From positions 68,696,001-68,760,000 of the forward strand of contig OZ024740.1 in NCBI GenBank assembly GCA_964016885.1: a stretch of DNA of 64,000 nt. Direction: 5' to 3'. The notes under the pieces were generated by a model. That model did not search any database. It worked only from the letters and a program-made list of their open reading frames with translations, and had not been told where the DNA came from. This document shows, piece after piece, positions 28,291 through 46,375 of the stretch (positions are counted from its first letter, which is position 1; each line of letters starts with the position of its first letter). The stretch comes from Eledone cirrhosa (Eukaryota). A program made the translations under genes and the position numbers.

Positions 28291-29925
28291 CAAAAATTTA
28301 TTCAATTCGATATTGCCAGCTACTATTCCTCCATTTCGCCTTCACTTCTCAATAATGCTCTATCTTTCGCACTTAAATATTCTGACATCACCACAGATGA
28401 ACTTCACATCATCCTCACCGCACGTAAAACCATCCTAGAGTTCAACAACGAATATTGGACCAGAGCCGATACCTCTAACAATTTCGACATCACAATGGGA
28501 GCATCCGATTCATCCCAATTGACTGATTTAATTGGTATCTTCATTTTGAACTCTTTGAGTCGGAAAATTCCCCAACTTAGCGGTGGAATTTATCGTGACG
28601 ATGGACTCTTTACTATCCTAAATTGCAATATAGTTAAACTTAATATTATTAAGAACAATATACGTAATCTCTTTAACCAACATAACCTAAAAATTGAATT
28701 TGATGATAGTATCAAACTAGCTAATTTCTTGGATGTATCTCTTAATCTTGACACTGGCCTATATTACCCTTACCATAAAAACAATGAGAATCTTAATTAT
28801 GTTAACTTTAAATCTAACCATCCTACCAATATCAAGAATGCTATAGTTAATAATATTGGAAATAGAATATCTAACATATCTTCTAATAAAAACATCTTTG
28901 ATGCTAACGCCAATTACTATAATAACGCACTTTCTAAAGCCGGCTATCCAGATAAAATCAAATATAATAAAGAAACAAATTCTAGGAAAACTTACAGTAG
29001 AATATTTAATCATAACCATTCCAATAATTTTAATAAAAGACCTAGATACAAAAACATAATCTGGTATAATGCTCCTTTCTCCATCTCTATTAATAACAAT
29101 ATTCCTAAATTATTTTTTAGTGCCTTAAATAAATGCTTCCCTCCCTCACATATCTATAGTAAAATATTTAACAAACACACCATCAAATTTTCGTATTCTA
29201 CATCCTCCAATATTTCCAACATCATCTCTAAACACAACAACAAAATATTAAATACTAAATCTCTTCCTTCCAATATTGAATTTCATAATAACAGTAATAG
29301 TACTCCTGACGTCATTGTAAACCCTAAGCTAACTTCTGTAAACCCAAATGCAACGTCAAACACAACTTCGCTAAATGTTCATAATCCAACTCTAAATCAA
29401 GAAACTATTATTCCTATTATTCCTATCGCAAACAACTTCTCCAATCCAATTCCTTCTATAGATAACACTAGATCACTCATTAATAATCTCTCTAATTGCA
29501 ACTGCCGCATTAAAAATAAATGTCCTCTCAACAACCATTGCCTCGATAAAAACTTAATTTATGAATGTAAAATTGTAACTAGCACCAATTCCTTCACCTA
29601 TTTTGGCTCCACTTCCACCTCTTTTAAAGCTCGTCTCTATAATCATCATTCATCTTTCAAATACAAACTTAAAAGAACTAACACTGCTCTCTCAGAACTC
29701 ATATGGTCCTTAAAAGACAAAAACATTAAATATAACATCTTTTGGAAAAAGATTTCTTCTGCATCCTCATACTTGAACAGCTCTCTATCTAAAATCTGTA
29801 ATCTCTGCCTAAATGAAAAATTTACCATTATCTCTAACCTAGAATCCATAATAAATAGACGCTCAGATTTGTTTTCTATCTGCCTGCATAAATTCCATAG
29901 AACTTTTCACAAAGTATACAGTTAA
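28291..29925 (+). CDS. Naiad-type PLE RT/GIY-YIG polyprotein, 5'-truncated but uninterrupted
   Basis: Frame open upstream of the called ATG (FIQFDIASYYSSIS); FDITMGASDSSQ, GIYRDDGL, NFLDVSLNL, SNHP, IIWYNAPFS, CNCR..NKCPLNNHC, LIY...YFGST..FKAR.YNH, CNLCLNEK, INRRSD...CLH. Confidence 0.92.
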   Translation, partial: QKFIQFDIASYYSSISPSLLNNALSFALKYSDITTDELHIILTARKTILEFNNEYWTRADTSNNFDITMGASDSSQLTDLIGIFILNSLSRKIPQLSGGIYRDDGLFTILNCNIVKLNIIKNNIRNLFNQHNLKIEFDDSIKLANFLDVSLNLDTGLYYPYHKNNENLNYVNFKSNHPTNIKNAIVNNIGNRISNISSNKNIFDANANYYNNALSKAGYPDKIKYNKETNSRKTYSRIFNHNHSNNFNKRPRYKNIIWYNAPFSISINNNIPKLFFSALNKCFPPSHIYSKIFNKHTIKFSYSTSSNISNIISKHNNKILNTKSLPSNIEFHNNSNSTPDVIVNPKLTSVNPNATSNTTSLNVHNPTLNQETIIPIIPIANNFSNPIPSIDNTRSLINNLSNCNCRIKNKCPLNNHCLDKNLIYECKIVTSTNSFTYFGSTSTSFKARLYNHHSSFKYKLKRTNTALSELIWSLKDKNIKYNIFWKKISSASSYLNSSLSKICNLCLNEKFTIISNLESIINRRSDLFSICLHKFHRTFHKVYS

Positions 29926-30130
29926 TATTCAATTCTTTATCAATTTAGAATCTTTTCTCAAAGGCACATATACATACACCTCTTTAAAATATACCCATCT
30001 ACCTTACTTTAAAGGGCAGTATACACTCTATAATACTCGTTTACTCATTACCCTCATTCTATCTTCTCGTAAAACAATAACATTTGTTTTTGACATTTTG
30101 AGTATTCATCCGCAATCATTATTATTTTTT

Positions 30131-30318
30131 CGGTGGATTGGCAGTATCGGTAGAGGGTCTGACGCCATGCTTTGCAGCAAAGAGTTACGCCCCTTTATGG
30201 TTTGAGTTCAAATCCCGCCGAGGTTAACTTTGCCTTTCATCCTTACGGGGTCGATAAAATAAAGTACCAGTAATGCACTGGATAATTGCTGGCCTTGTGC
30301 CAAAAGTAGAAACAATTA
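30131..30318 (+). mobile_element. tRNA-derived SINE nested in PLE 3' UTR
   Basis: SINE consensus match; flanked by attattattttttc-like duplication. Confidence 0.92.
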
Positions 30319-31106
30319 TTATTTTTTCTCTCTATCATAAATCTTTTTAATCTCAATTTCATCCTTAATTTATTATTACTATTTTTTTTTTTCTCCCCAT
30401 CAACGAACTCATTATTAATACATATGAATTCAATATACAAACTTTAACTTCACATTATTTTTTTCTCAAATCCTTCTACACATAAACTTTTTTTCTCTTT
30501 GCTAATTTTGAAATTCCCACAATACATACATTTCTTCTTTTGACGTTAGAATATTCACCCACAATTATTATTTTTTTCTCTCTATCTTCATACATAATTT
30601 CCCTTCGTTAATTTTCAAATTCCTTTAATTTATACATTATCTTCCAACGGTTCCCAACCTCTCTATATTAAAACATTATATCTTTTTCTCAGTTATAAAA
30701 ACTATCTCTTTCTCTCTATCACCCATCTCTCCCTTTCCACCTTCACTCTCATCTCCTCCCCTTTTTTTCATCCTTTCCCCCCCCCCTCCCTAAATAAAAT
30801 ATTTTTTCCTCGCACATATCCTCCCTTCGTTAATTTTCAAAATGTTTAATTTATACAGTATCTTCCAACGGTTTTCAACCCCTCTATATAAAATATATCT
30901 CCTCTCAGTTATAAAAACTATCTCTTTCTCTCTATCACCCATCTCTCCCTCTCATCTCCTTCCCTTTTCATCCTTTTCTCCCCCCCCCCTCTCTAAATAA
31001 AATATTTTTCCCAATATCACACATCAATCTAAAACCACTTTTCATATGTTGATTTAAAACTGCACTATCAACAAGTGTTTTTTAGCCTTCATATCATGTT
31101 CTCCTG

Positions 31107-31173
31107 TTTTATCTGATGAAAACACAAATATTATTGTTTGATGATGTTTGTTTTTGAAATGCGCATAATAAAA
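31107..31173 (+). ncRNA. Type I minimal hammerhead ribozyme, canonical core
   Basis: ttttat-CTGATGA-long G-U-rich stem II-GAAA-TGCGCA-TA-ataaaa; palindromic stem III. Confidence 0.85.
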
Positions 31174-31229
31174 TATATGGAACTCCTTTAACCATCTTTT
31201 GATCTTATATTATATATATATATATGTAT

Positions 31230-36496
<5,267 letters not shown>

Positions 36497-36869
36497 CATA
36501 CGAAATGGGTCAGAGCCCCGACGGCTGAGCTCCGGTTGTTCCAAACTAAATCACCAGTATTAAAACGGCGTAATCTAGCTGATCTTATCCAGAGCCACAA
36601 TCCATATATGGGCATTATTTATTTCATTATTTTAACTTATATCATGACTCTGTTTTACTTTTAATGTTTTATTGTTTTCTGAGATTTATCTTAACCTACA
36701 ACATTTTCAACATATGGATTACATCGTGTACTTCATGCAGAATAGACCCCACAACTATCTTTCATTTATAGAAACTGTAAACTTCAATTCAAAGAGATAT
36801 GAATATGTTTTCAACGTGTAAGCATCGAAGTGTATATACAACACACACACATATACACACGCACATACA

Positions 36870-36918
<49 letters not shown>

Positions 36919-36940
36919 ACACACACACACAGATGTAGGA

Positions 36941-37009
<69 letters not shown>

Positions 37010-37159
37010 AAATGAGTTGTGTCGATACTGTAAACAAAGTTTAAGATGGTTGTTTGGTCGAAACAAGAGAGAAAAGCCTGCATCAGCTGTAAACTGCAGG
37101 TCATAGATGTTTCGGCCTTAATACAGGACATCTAAAAGCGACCACCGGCGCAACCAAGG

Positions 37160-37200
<41 letters not shown>

Positions 37201-37282
37201 ATATAAAGTAAGAAGCGCTGGACTGCGTACGGTTTATAATTGTTTATGCCCTTAGTAAAATAAGTTGGGTTTTTGAATAAAT

Positions 37283-37472
37283 AATTATTTCTACATTTGG
37301 CACAAGCCCAGCGATTACCCAGTGCATTACAGGTACTTTATTTTATCGATCCTGTAAGGATGAAAGGCAAAGTTAACCTCGGCGGGATTTGAACTCAGAT
37401 CATAAAAGGGCGTAACTCTATGCTACAAAGCATGGTGTCCATCTCTCTAAAGATACTGCCAATCCACCGCCC
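37283..37472 (-). mobile_element. tRNA-derived SINE
   Basis: Consensus match; flanked by tttgaataaat duplication. Confidence 0.9.
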
Positions 37473-37836
37473 TTTGAATAAATGATAAATGAATATTACA
37501 TAATTTATCTACTAAATTCGTGGATGTTAATTAGATGTATTTTATTACTTATTTAAAGATTCACCTCTTTAACATTTTCAAATGTCAACACTTCCGGTTA
37601 GCGATCGTTTAAAGAAACATACATATATTTCTGTCACTAATTTTCTCCTAATGCAGTTTATATATAATATTGTCTTTTTTTTTATGGATTACGTTACTGA
37701 TTACATAAGACAGTGTAATGTTGTCTTCGTACAATTTCTGTGTATATTATCAATTACGATTTTATTTGATCATATCTACATGCATATAGACAAGGTAGCA
37801 GAAAACCACACGGGGATAGTTTTTCTGGTAGTGTAT

Positions 37837-38040
37837 ATGACGAAGGAAGTGTGGTAAGGAACCAGATGGGCCATAACGCACCAGAGTACTCAATACTTAG
37901 GGTAGTAGAGAGGGTAACAGGAAAAGTTTTAACCCCGACGGCAGAGCTCAAGCCGCTTCGACGGCTATTTCTGGACTGAAATAGCCGTCCAGAAATAGCC
38001 GTTGAAACGGCTTGAGCTCTGCCGCCGGAGTTAAACTTAT

Positions 38041-38042
<2 letters not shown>
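37837..38042. mobile_element. Short fold-back PLE terminus (3' half of HHR in each arm)
   Basis: cggcagagctcaagccg..tcgacggctatttctggac / gtccagaaatagccgttGAAAcggcttgagctctgccg; left arm ~85 nt longer. Confidence 0.82.
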
Positions 38043-38078
<36 letters not shown>

Positions 38079-38083
38079 AGAGA

Positions 38084-38172
<89 letters not shown>

Positions 38173-38440
38173 AATATATACTGGAGTGTATCATTGTGTA
38201 TAGAAGATTATATAAATAAAAGGAATTCAAACTTTGTCTGATTTACTCGTTTTATTTACAATACTTTAAAATTATAATGATATTATAATGAAATAGTATG
38301 ATAGAATATTAAATGTTAAATGTTAATTGAACAAGTACTTTCATGCTTCCGCAATCTTCAGGTTCATATTCAGTGGTGACAGTCAAGTTGGCAATTTTCA
38401 ATTGTGTATATATATCTATATATATATATATATATATATA

Positions 38441-38617
38441 AGCAACAGGGATATAAACTTGAACCGTTAAGGTCTCCTTCCTAGATATGTCAATATTTAT
38501 AAAACAAAGTTTGTATTTTATGTGATGAGAGCGTACCAAAATGTTGATACTCTTGAAATATATATATAATAGAATAAATATGGATTCATAAATATAGTTT
38601 CCATTTATTAATATCAT

Positions 38618-38620
<3 letters not shown>
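38441..38620 (+). mobile_element. Solo PLE terminus of the 14372/42433 family with mutated HHR (38514-38576)
   Basis: tattttat-GTGATGA-..-GAAA-TATATATA-TA-atagaata; same 3' end 'aaatatagtttccattt'. Confidence 0.78.
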
Positions 38621-38658
<38 letters not shown>

Positions 38659-38662
<4 letters not shown>

Positions 38663-38844
38663 TTCCGGGTTAAATCGGAGGTAACCAAAGTAAGTAAGAT
38701 ACTCAATACATAGCAGTGCATAAAGATGTTAATATAGATGAAATTCTACAGGACTAGAACTGTTTCGTTCTTTAGAAATCATCAGGAATCCCAGAGATTC
38801 ATGATAATTTCTAAAGAATGAAATAGTTCTAGTTCTGTAGAATA

Positions 38845-38850
<6 letters not shown>
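38659..38850. mobile_element. Short fold-back element with HHR motif (38752-38790 -)
   Basis: gattc-CTGATGA-t-ttc-taaa-gaa-c-GAAA-CAGT-TC-tagtc; family of 41451/51505. Confidence 0.8.
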
Positions 38851-38932
<82 letters not shown>

Positions 38933-38934
<2 letters not shown>

Positions 38935-39122
38935 CGAACGAGTTGTGGTAAGGAACTAGATGGACCATAAAGCACCAGAGTACTCAATACTTAGGGTAGT
39001 AGAGTGGGTAATAGGAAAATGTATGACCCGACGGCAGAGCTCAACCGTTTCGACGGCTATTTCTGGAGTGTAGAAATAGCCGTCGAAACGGCTTGATCTC
39101 TTCCGTCGTGGTCATACATTCT

Positions 39123-39124
<2 letters not shown>
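38933..39124. mobile_element. Short fold-back PLE terminus (same family as 37837)
   Basis: Inverted arms about ~39068; long left arm, short right arm. Confidence 0.82.
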
Positions 39125-39171
<47 letters not shown>

Positions 39172-39176
<5 letters not shown>

Positions 39177-40711
39177 CTTGAGAGAGAGTACCCACTATTA
39201 CTAATAAATAATGCAATAGAAAGGGCTAAAGCAATAGGCATTGATGAATTACGGAAACAGAAACAAATTCAAGGTACGACCAATATTCTATCATATATCT
39301 CAACACACAACCCAAGAAATGCGGAAGCTTACAATACTATTAACAAGAATATCCCACTACTAAAACAAAACCCAAAAATGAAAAAAGCCCTTGAAACACA
39401 CAAAATAATCAAAAGCAAAAGACAACCAAAATCACTGTAAACATTACTCACCAATGCCAAATTACCTACCACAAACCCACAACCAAGTATCAAAAAATGT
39501 GGTCGCTCTAATTGTGGAACCTGCACTCACCTCATTGAAGGGAACACGTATACATTTAAATCAGGACAAAATTTTGCTGTAAAAAATCACTTCACTTGCT
39601 CATCAAAAAATCTACTTTATGCCATTAAATGCAAAGGATGCTATGAAGATTATATAGGACAAGCTAAACTCACACTCAGAAACAGAATGACAGTTCATCG
39701 CCAACAATTACGAGATCCAACCACGAGACAGATACCACTAAGTGCATATCTAGACATTTGCGCAAGTAATAAGACACCCAACTTCTAAGTCTTCCCATTT
39801 TACCTTTGCGCTAACAATACAACAGAACAAATACGAATAAATAAGGAAAATATGTTTTTCAAAAATATAGACCAGCATTAAATATAGTTTAATATACATT
39901 ATGTCAACACTATAATATGACATACGCACACACACATAACACCTTCTACTTTAGAAAATAAAAACCTGAACTAAATATACATTAACATACGTTTGCACTG
40001 ACAATACAACAGAACAAATATGAATAAGTAAGGAAAATATGTTCATTCAAAAATATTCCTACTAAAGGAATCATTTTCCTACACACACACACACACACAC
40101 AATATATATATATATATATTCTCTTCATCTTAACATGCTAGCCATACTTCCACACACATAACACCCATACACACACATACCAACCCCCACTCCCACAACT
40201 CCCTCCCCCGCGTCTACTAATAGAACCATTTTCCTACACACATATATACACACACACAAAATATATATTCTCTCCATCTTAACATACTCGCACACACACA
40301 CATAACACCCATATACACACACACACAACTCCCTCCCCCATTTCTACTAATAGAATTATCTTCCAATACACACACACACACACACACACACACAAGCACA
40401 CAAATAAACATACATATCTTTACTTCAATAGAAAATCTGAACTCTGACACTCCAGCGAATTAACCATATTCACTGAACCAGAACTATTCTCCCAATCCCA
40501 TTTCTTTTCACCACTATCTTTCCCTTGTCATAACATTCTCTATAAAGGCTACAGAATAGATTTCCAAATAGGGGCGCGAAAATGTAATGAAAACTTGTTC
40601 ACGTGACAGCCAAATTTCATTTATAACCAATCAAATCACGTTTATTTAAAAAAAGCTTTCGTGAGCCACCTTTTTTTTTAGTAAAGAAATTCAAACACAC
40701 ACACACACACA

Positions 40712-40742
<31 letters not shown>

Positions 40743-41435
40743 CACAAAAATAAACATACATATCTTTACTTTCTTTATTCAATAGAAAATCTGAATTCTG
40801 ACACCCCAGCGAACTAACCATATTCACTGAACCAGAACAATTCTCCCATCCTTTTCTCTTGACCATTATCTTTCACTTATCATAAAATTCTCTAAAAAGG
40901 CTACAGAATGGATTTCCAAGTAAGGGCACGAAAATTTAATGAAAACATGTTCACGTGACAGCCATAATTTCATTTATAACCAACCAAAAAAAAGCATTCG
41001 TGATCCCCTTTTCTAAAGTAAAAAGAAATTCAAACACTCATATATGAAAAAACAACCTGTGACAACCCACCCACCCCTCTTATTTGAAGAACTATTGTAA
41101 CGCGAACTGGCGCGAAATTTATTATAATTATTGACAAACCAATCAAATTACTTCTCGAAAAACCTGGCATTTCGAGCCACTTTTTCCATATAAAACAAGT
41201 AACATTCAGAGACCAACCAGATGTGAGAAAAACCACAGACCCTCCATCTCAACTCACCTTTTGAAAAGCAGAAGAACTGCGAAACCGCTAAAGGAAACAA
41301 ATGAAAATATATATTTTTTTTTAAAATATGACTCCAGTTGCATTTTCGATTTCATCTCTTTTTCTTTATACATTCACTCGTGTAGGACACCTAGGTTATT
41401 TTTCAATTTGTAAAAAAAAAACCTCACTTTCTAAT
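39172..41435 (+). mobile_element. Neptune-like PLE, 5'-truncated: RT thumb + GIY-YIG, long 3' UTR, terminal HHR
   Basis: YPLLLINNAIERAK...YISTHNP...KRQPKSL*..LT...KKCGRSNCGTC...FTCSSKNLLYAIKCKGCYEDYIGQ...LRNRMTVHRQQ; UTR duplication 40430-40680 / 40780-41030. Confidence 0.88.
41257..41294 (+). ncRNA. Minimal type I hammerhead, U3-A8 variant
   Basis: cctt-TTGAAAA-gcag-aagaa-ctgc-GAAA-CCGC-TA-aagg. Confidence 0.8.
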
Positions 41436-41450
41436 ATATATATATATATA

Positions 41451-42000
41451 TAGTTTTAATATAGATGAGATTCTACAGGACTAGAACTGTTTCATTCTTT
41501 AGAAATCATCAGGAATGTAGGTATAAGAAAATAAATATGGTATTTATAGGTCTCTTTCGGTGGTAGGAGAGGTTAGGGAGTGGGATGGGTAGAGGTCATT
41601 GGTTGATAGAAAAGGGAATTCATTAAAAGCTATTCTTCAAAGCTATAGTTTATATTTAGAGTAACAAAGGCAGAATGAATTCTATAAACAAGTTCAGAAT
41701 AGGGTGCCACTCCTTATTTTAAAGTTTCTCTTAAGCTAACAATGCCTAGATTTCAGGTGTCAATAAGGTCATTGGGGGTCTGTCATGGTTGATGGATTTA
41801 AAGAAAGGGAAATTCTTTAAAAGCTAATTCATTAAGGTTCTACTTAGTGACAAAGGGCTAGGGAATTCTATAGACCAGTTCAAAATATTGAGTACATATC
41901 ATACCATTATCTTCAAATATCTCTTAAACTATATTCCAAAAGTCAACAGACACATTCACAGACACACTCACTCACACACTCTCGCGCACCCACATACACC

Positions 42001-42005
<5 letters not shown>
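41451..42005 (-). mobile_element. Left arm of a large inverted PLE-terminus pair (partner 51505-52125); HHR motif 41479-41516
   Basis: High-identity reverse complement of 51505-52055. Confidence 0.88.
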
Positions 42006-42094
<89 letters not shown>

Positions 42095-42135
42095 CACACA
42101 TATATACATACACACATACATATACATATATATAC

Positions 42136-42177
<42 letters not shown>

Positions 42178-42432
42178 ACATATATATATACATATACATA
42201 CATATACACCCACACAGACATACATATACATATATATATATATACATACATATACACAAACATATATATACAATCATATATAAATATACACACATATATA
42301 CACACATACATAAATATATAAATATATAAAATTACATATATATATATATATACATATAACACACATATACATATATATACACATACATATACATATATAC
42401 ATATATATACATACATATATATATATATATAT

Positions 42433-42854
42433 ACAATATTAAATAAATGGAAAACTATATTTATAAAACCATATTTATTTCATTATATATATTTCGGGGA
42501 TATCATATTAACAATATGCTATGCCTTCATCAGACAAATTACAATATAAACAGTTTTATAGACAAATAGGTTCGACATACCGTTATAACACCGACTTCAT
42601 TTGAAGTCGGTGTTATAACGGTATGTCGAACCTATTTGTCTATAAAACTGTTTATATTGTAATTTGTCTGATGAAGGCATAGCATATTGTTAATATGATA
42701 TCCCCGAAATATATATAATGAAATAAATATGGTTTTATAAATATAGTTTTCCATTTATTTAATATTGTAAATATACTCCAAATATTTGTCGAGTGCTTTT
42801 ATACCAGTTATAAATATTTACTAGTTGTAACCCAACAATTTTAAATATAACTTT

Positions 42855-42858
<4 letters not shown>
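42433..42858. mobile_element. Near-perfect fold-back element with HHRs (42479-42538 -, 42663-42722 +)
   Basis: Mirror centre gacttca-tt-tgaagtc at ~42600; tttgt-CTGATGA-stem-GAAA-TATATA-TA-atgaa; right arm ~90 nt longer. Confidence 0.9.
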
Positions 42859-42918
<60 letters not shown>

Positions 42919-43036
42919 GCATACAAACGTATGTATATATACATATACATACGCACATATATACATACATACATATATACACATATATCTACATATATAG
43001 ATATATATATACATATATATATACATAAATATATAC

Positions 43037-43067
<31 letters not shown>

Positions 43068-43130
43068 TATACATATATACACACACATATACACATATAC
43101 ACACACATATACACACATATTCATATAAGC

Positions 43131-43209
<79 letters not shown>

Positions 43210-43321
43210 CATATATACACATACATTCATATATACATAAATATATATATATATATACATATATACACATACATACATACTTACATACACATATATACAC
43301 ATACACACACATATATACGTG

Positions 43322-43375
<54 letters not shown>

Positions 43376-43592
43376 CACACACAGACATACTCATACATAA
43401 ATACATATATACACACACATATATATACACACATACATACACATGCATAAACATATATATATATACACATATACACACATACACAAAAACATGCATATAC
43501 ACGCACACACACACACACATGTACATATATACATATACACACATATACATATATACATATATACACATACAAACATACATACATATACACAT

Positions 43593-43657
<65 letters not shown>

Positions 43658-43664
<7 letters not shown>

Positions 43665-44787
43665 CGTAAGATAAGAAAATTATAAAATTATAAAAAAATT
43701 ATAAAATTGACTTACTTACTAAAATATCACTTCCAACTAATTAGTTTCTGGAATGGAGTAAATATATTTTCCGAAGAACATATTGAAAAGCATTCCGTCG
43801 TCAGGTAAGTCTCTGTTCATGTAAGTTTCCAGGCATAGCGAGGACTATGGAAACTTATTCAAAAAATAATTCAGTGGAGAGGAAATAGCTAAGCGTTGAC
43901 TGAAATGCTAGCCATTGAGAAAATCACTGTCTCTACGTCCGTGGCAAATTCAAAAAGAATCAATCACGTGACATCGAGGTCAATCAGTGGAAAGCGAGTT
44001 GTTAAAAAGACAGCGGCCTGCTTACTACTATAGCAGCAGTCATGGCCAATATTGCTCGACAAATGAATTGGAGATAATTATAAAGAATTTATATCTAGTA
44101 ACATCTATATACATACAGATGCATATCAATGCTAGCAAATATATAGGTTTTGTCTTAGTAACATTTTGGTTCAATGCATGGGGTTGCAGAACAATAATAT
44201 GAGAGACGTAAGATAAGAAAATTATAAAATTATGAAAAAATTATAAAATTGACTTACTTACTAAAGTATCACTTCCAACTAATTAGTTTCTGGAATGGAG
44301 TAAATATAATTTCCGAAGAACATACTGAAAGGCATTCCGTCGTCAGGAAAGTCTCTCCACTGATTGACCTCGATGTCACGTGATTGATTCTTTTTGAATT
44401 TGCCACGGACGTAGATACAGTTATTTTCTCAATGGCTAGGATTTCAGTCAACGCTTCGCTATTTCCTCTCCACTGAATTATTTTTTTAATAAGTTTCCAG
44501 AGTCCTCGCTATGCCTGGAAATTTACATGAAAAGAGACTTTCCTGACGACGGAATGCTTTTCAATATGTTCTTCGGAAAATATATTTACTCCATTCCAGA
44601 AACTAATTAGTTGGAAGTGATATTTTAGTAAGTAAGTCAATTTTATAATTTTTTTATAATTTTATAATTTTCTTATCTTACGTCTCTCATATTATTGTTC
44701 TGTAACCACAATGTTACTAAGACAAAACCTATATATTTGCTAGCATTGATATGCATATGTATGTATATAGATGTTACTAGATATAAA

Positions 44788-44792
<5 letters not shown>
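43658..44792. mobile_element. Tandem (~542 bp period) plus inverted PLE-terminus array with HHR-like motifs
   Basis: 'gagacgtaagataag' at 43661 and 44203; inverted copy 44356-44790; CTGACGA-cgga...ttcg-GAAA-ATATAT-TT at ~44542-44588 (stem I weak). Confidence 0.82.
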
Positions 44793-44822
<30 letters not shown>

Positions 44823-44830
<8 letters not shown>

Positions 44831-44929
44831 TAGCAGATTAAAGTTTAAGCAAAGAATCGCTGCTTTCACCCTTAACGGGATCTTCTGAAACTAACAAAGT
44901 CAATCTGTAAACGCAGAACTGGATATTTC
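44823..44929 (-). mobile_element. CAGAAGA-family PLE terminus with HHR, directly fused to a different PLE
   Basis: Near-identical to 27563-27668. Confidence 0.88.
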
Positions 44930-45185
44930 GGCTTATGTCGGACAGACGGGACGTTGCCTGGCGGACCGATTCACTGAGCACCTCCGGGATATTCGTCTCG
45001 GTGGTAGTTCCCCCATCGCCCGCCACTTTGGTGGCCCTGGACATTCGGCACGCCATCTCACAGTTAGTGGCCTACTCCAATGCCACGGAACACCCGCCAA
45101 TCGCCTTAGAGTCGAACAAAGAACTATCTTCATCTTACAGACCCACACTCCCCCCGGCCTGAACTCCCCACCCTTATTCCTTTAG
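44928..45185 (+). pseudogene. GIY-YIG C-terminal fragment of a Neptune-like PLE (frame absent from ORF track)
   Basis: My translation: SAYVGQTGRCLADRFTEHLRDIRLGGSSPIARHFGGPGHSARHLTVSGLLQCHGTPANRLRVEQRTIFILQTHTPPGLNSPPLFL*. Confidence 0.9.
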
Positions 45186-46342
45186 CCTTCGACCGCCCCC
45201 GTCCCCACACACTTATCCCCCACTAACACCACTAACACACCCCTCCTTTTCACCGCCCACCCCACAACTAACAATACTAACACCTCCAATCTACCCCTCA
45301 TCCGGCCACCCTTCCCCAACTAACATACTAACATGCCTCCCTTCTTCTCCTTCCCCCCTCCTTATCACACGCAAACACCCACCGGCACATATATACACGC
45401 GCTCACACTAAACACACACCCTACTACCACCACTAACCCTCACCCCCACACCTCCATTCCACCACCCCGCAACTAACCTCACTAACACCCCCTGACCCCA
45501 AGCACACGAACACACGCACCCACTTACACCACCCACCCCACACGCAACTAACATCACTAACACCCCCCAACCCCACGCACACGTACCCACACACCCTCGT
45601 ACACCACCAGCTCTACACACCCTACCACCCCTAACCCCCACTCACACCTGCATTCAACCATTTCCCCACCTCCCGTATACTAACACCCACTAACACCCCC
45701 TTCATCAAACTACACACACACCAGTACACCACACTCCCTCCATAGAACTACACACACCCTTCTCTCCCCGCTCCACCCACGCCCTCGCTCCACACTCACT
45801 CATCCCACTAACACCTCTACTAATACACACACACACCCTCCTCACTCCAACTTTCACACCTATCCATCCTCGCCCCTTTACCATTCCACCCGACTGCTGC
45901 TATGCCCTCTGACCATCTCCCAGCACAAATAGACACACAGCACTCCCACCGCTTGACCACTTCCTGTTGCGCGCGCACCCCACATCTCTCCTCTTCCGAC
46001 CATCTCTTCATGGAATACTCGTATGTGGAACTTGACCGCCACGGAATCTACTAAACATCATAGGAATTTACCAACATTTCAACCATCCTCTTACGGAATC
46101 ACCTATATAACTCACCCACACACACACCCAAACACATTTTTTTCTCCCACACGCCACCAACACCCACAACGCGCTTAAACCCCACACACACGTGCTTTCC
46201 ACCAAATATTTACACCCTCAGCCTCCTGATTCCTCTCCCCCACCCTCTATCCACACACGCACAGACACTCCAACCTACAAACCCCCCACACACCACACCT
46301 CTTCCTGAACATGCAAACCCGTTTTTCTCCAACCCTTACTTT

Positions 46343-46375
<33 letters not shown>

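Larger units (their letters stand above)
28175..31211 (+). mobile_element. Naiad-type PLE, 5'-truncated, with long 3' UTR and terminal HHR
   Basis: ORF below; 3' UTR with nested SINE and ~220 bp duplication (30600-31010); 5' end starts with the inverted copy (aatataagatcaaaa) of the 3' terminus (ttttgatcttatatt). Confidence 0.9.

Noticed and set aside
37050-37160. Possible degenerate HHR on minus strand (ggtcg...GAAACATCTA-tgacc)
   Set aside because: First catalytic box not recognisable.
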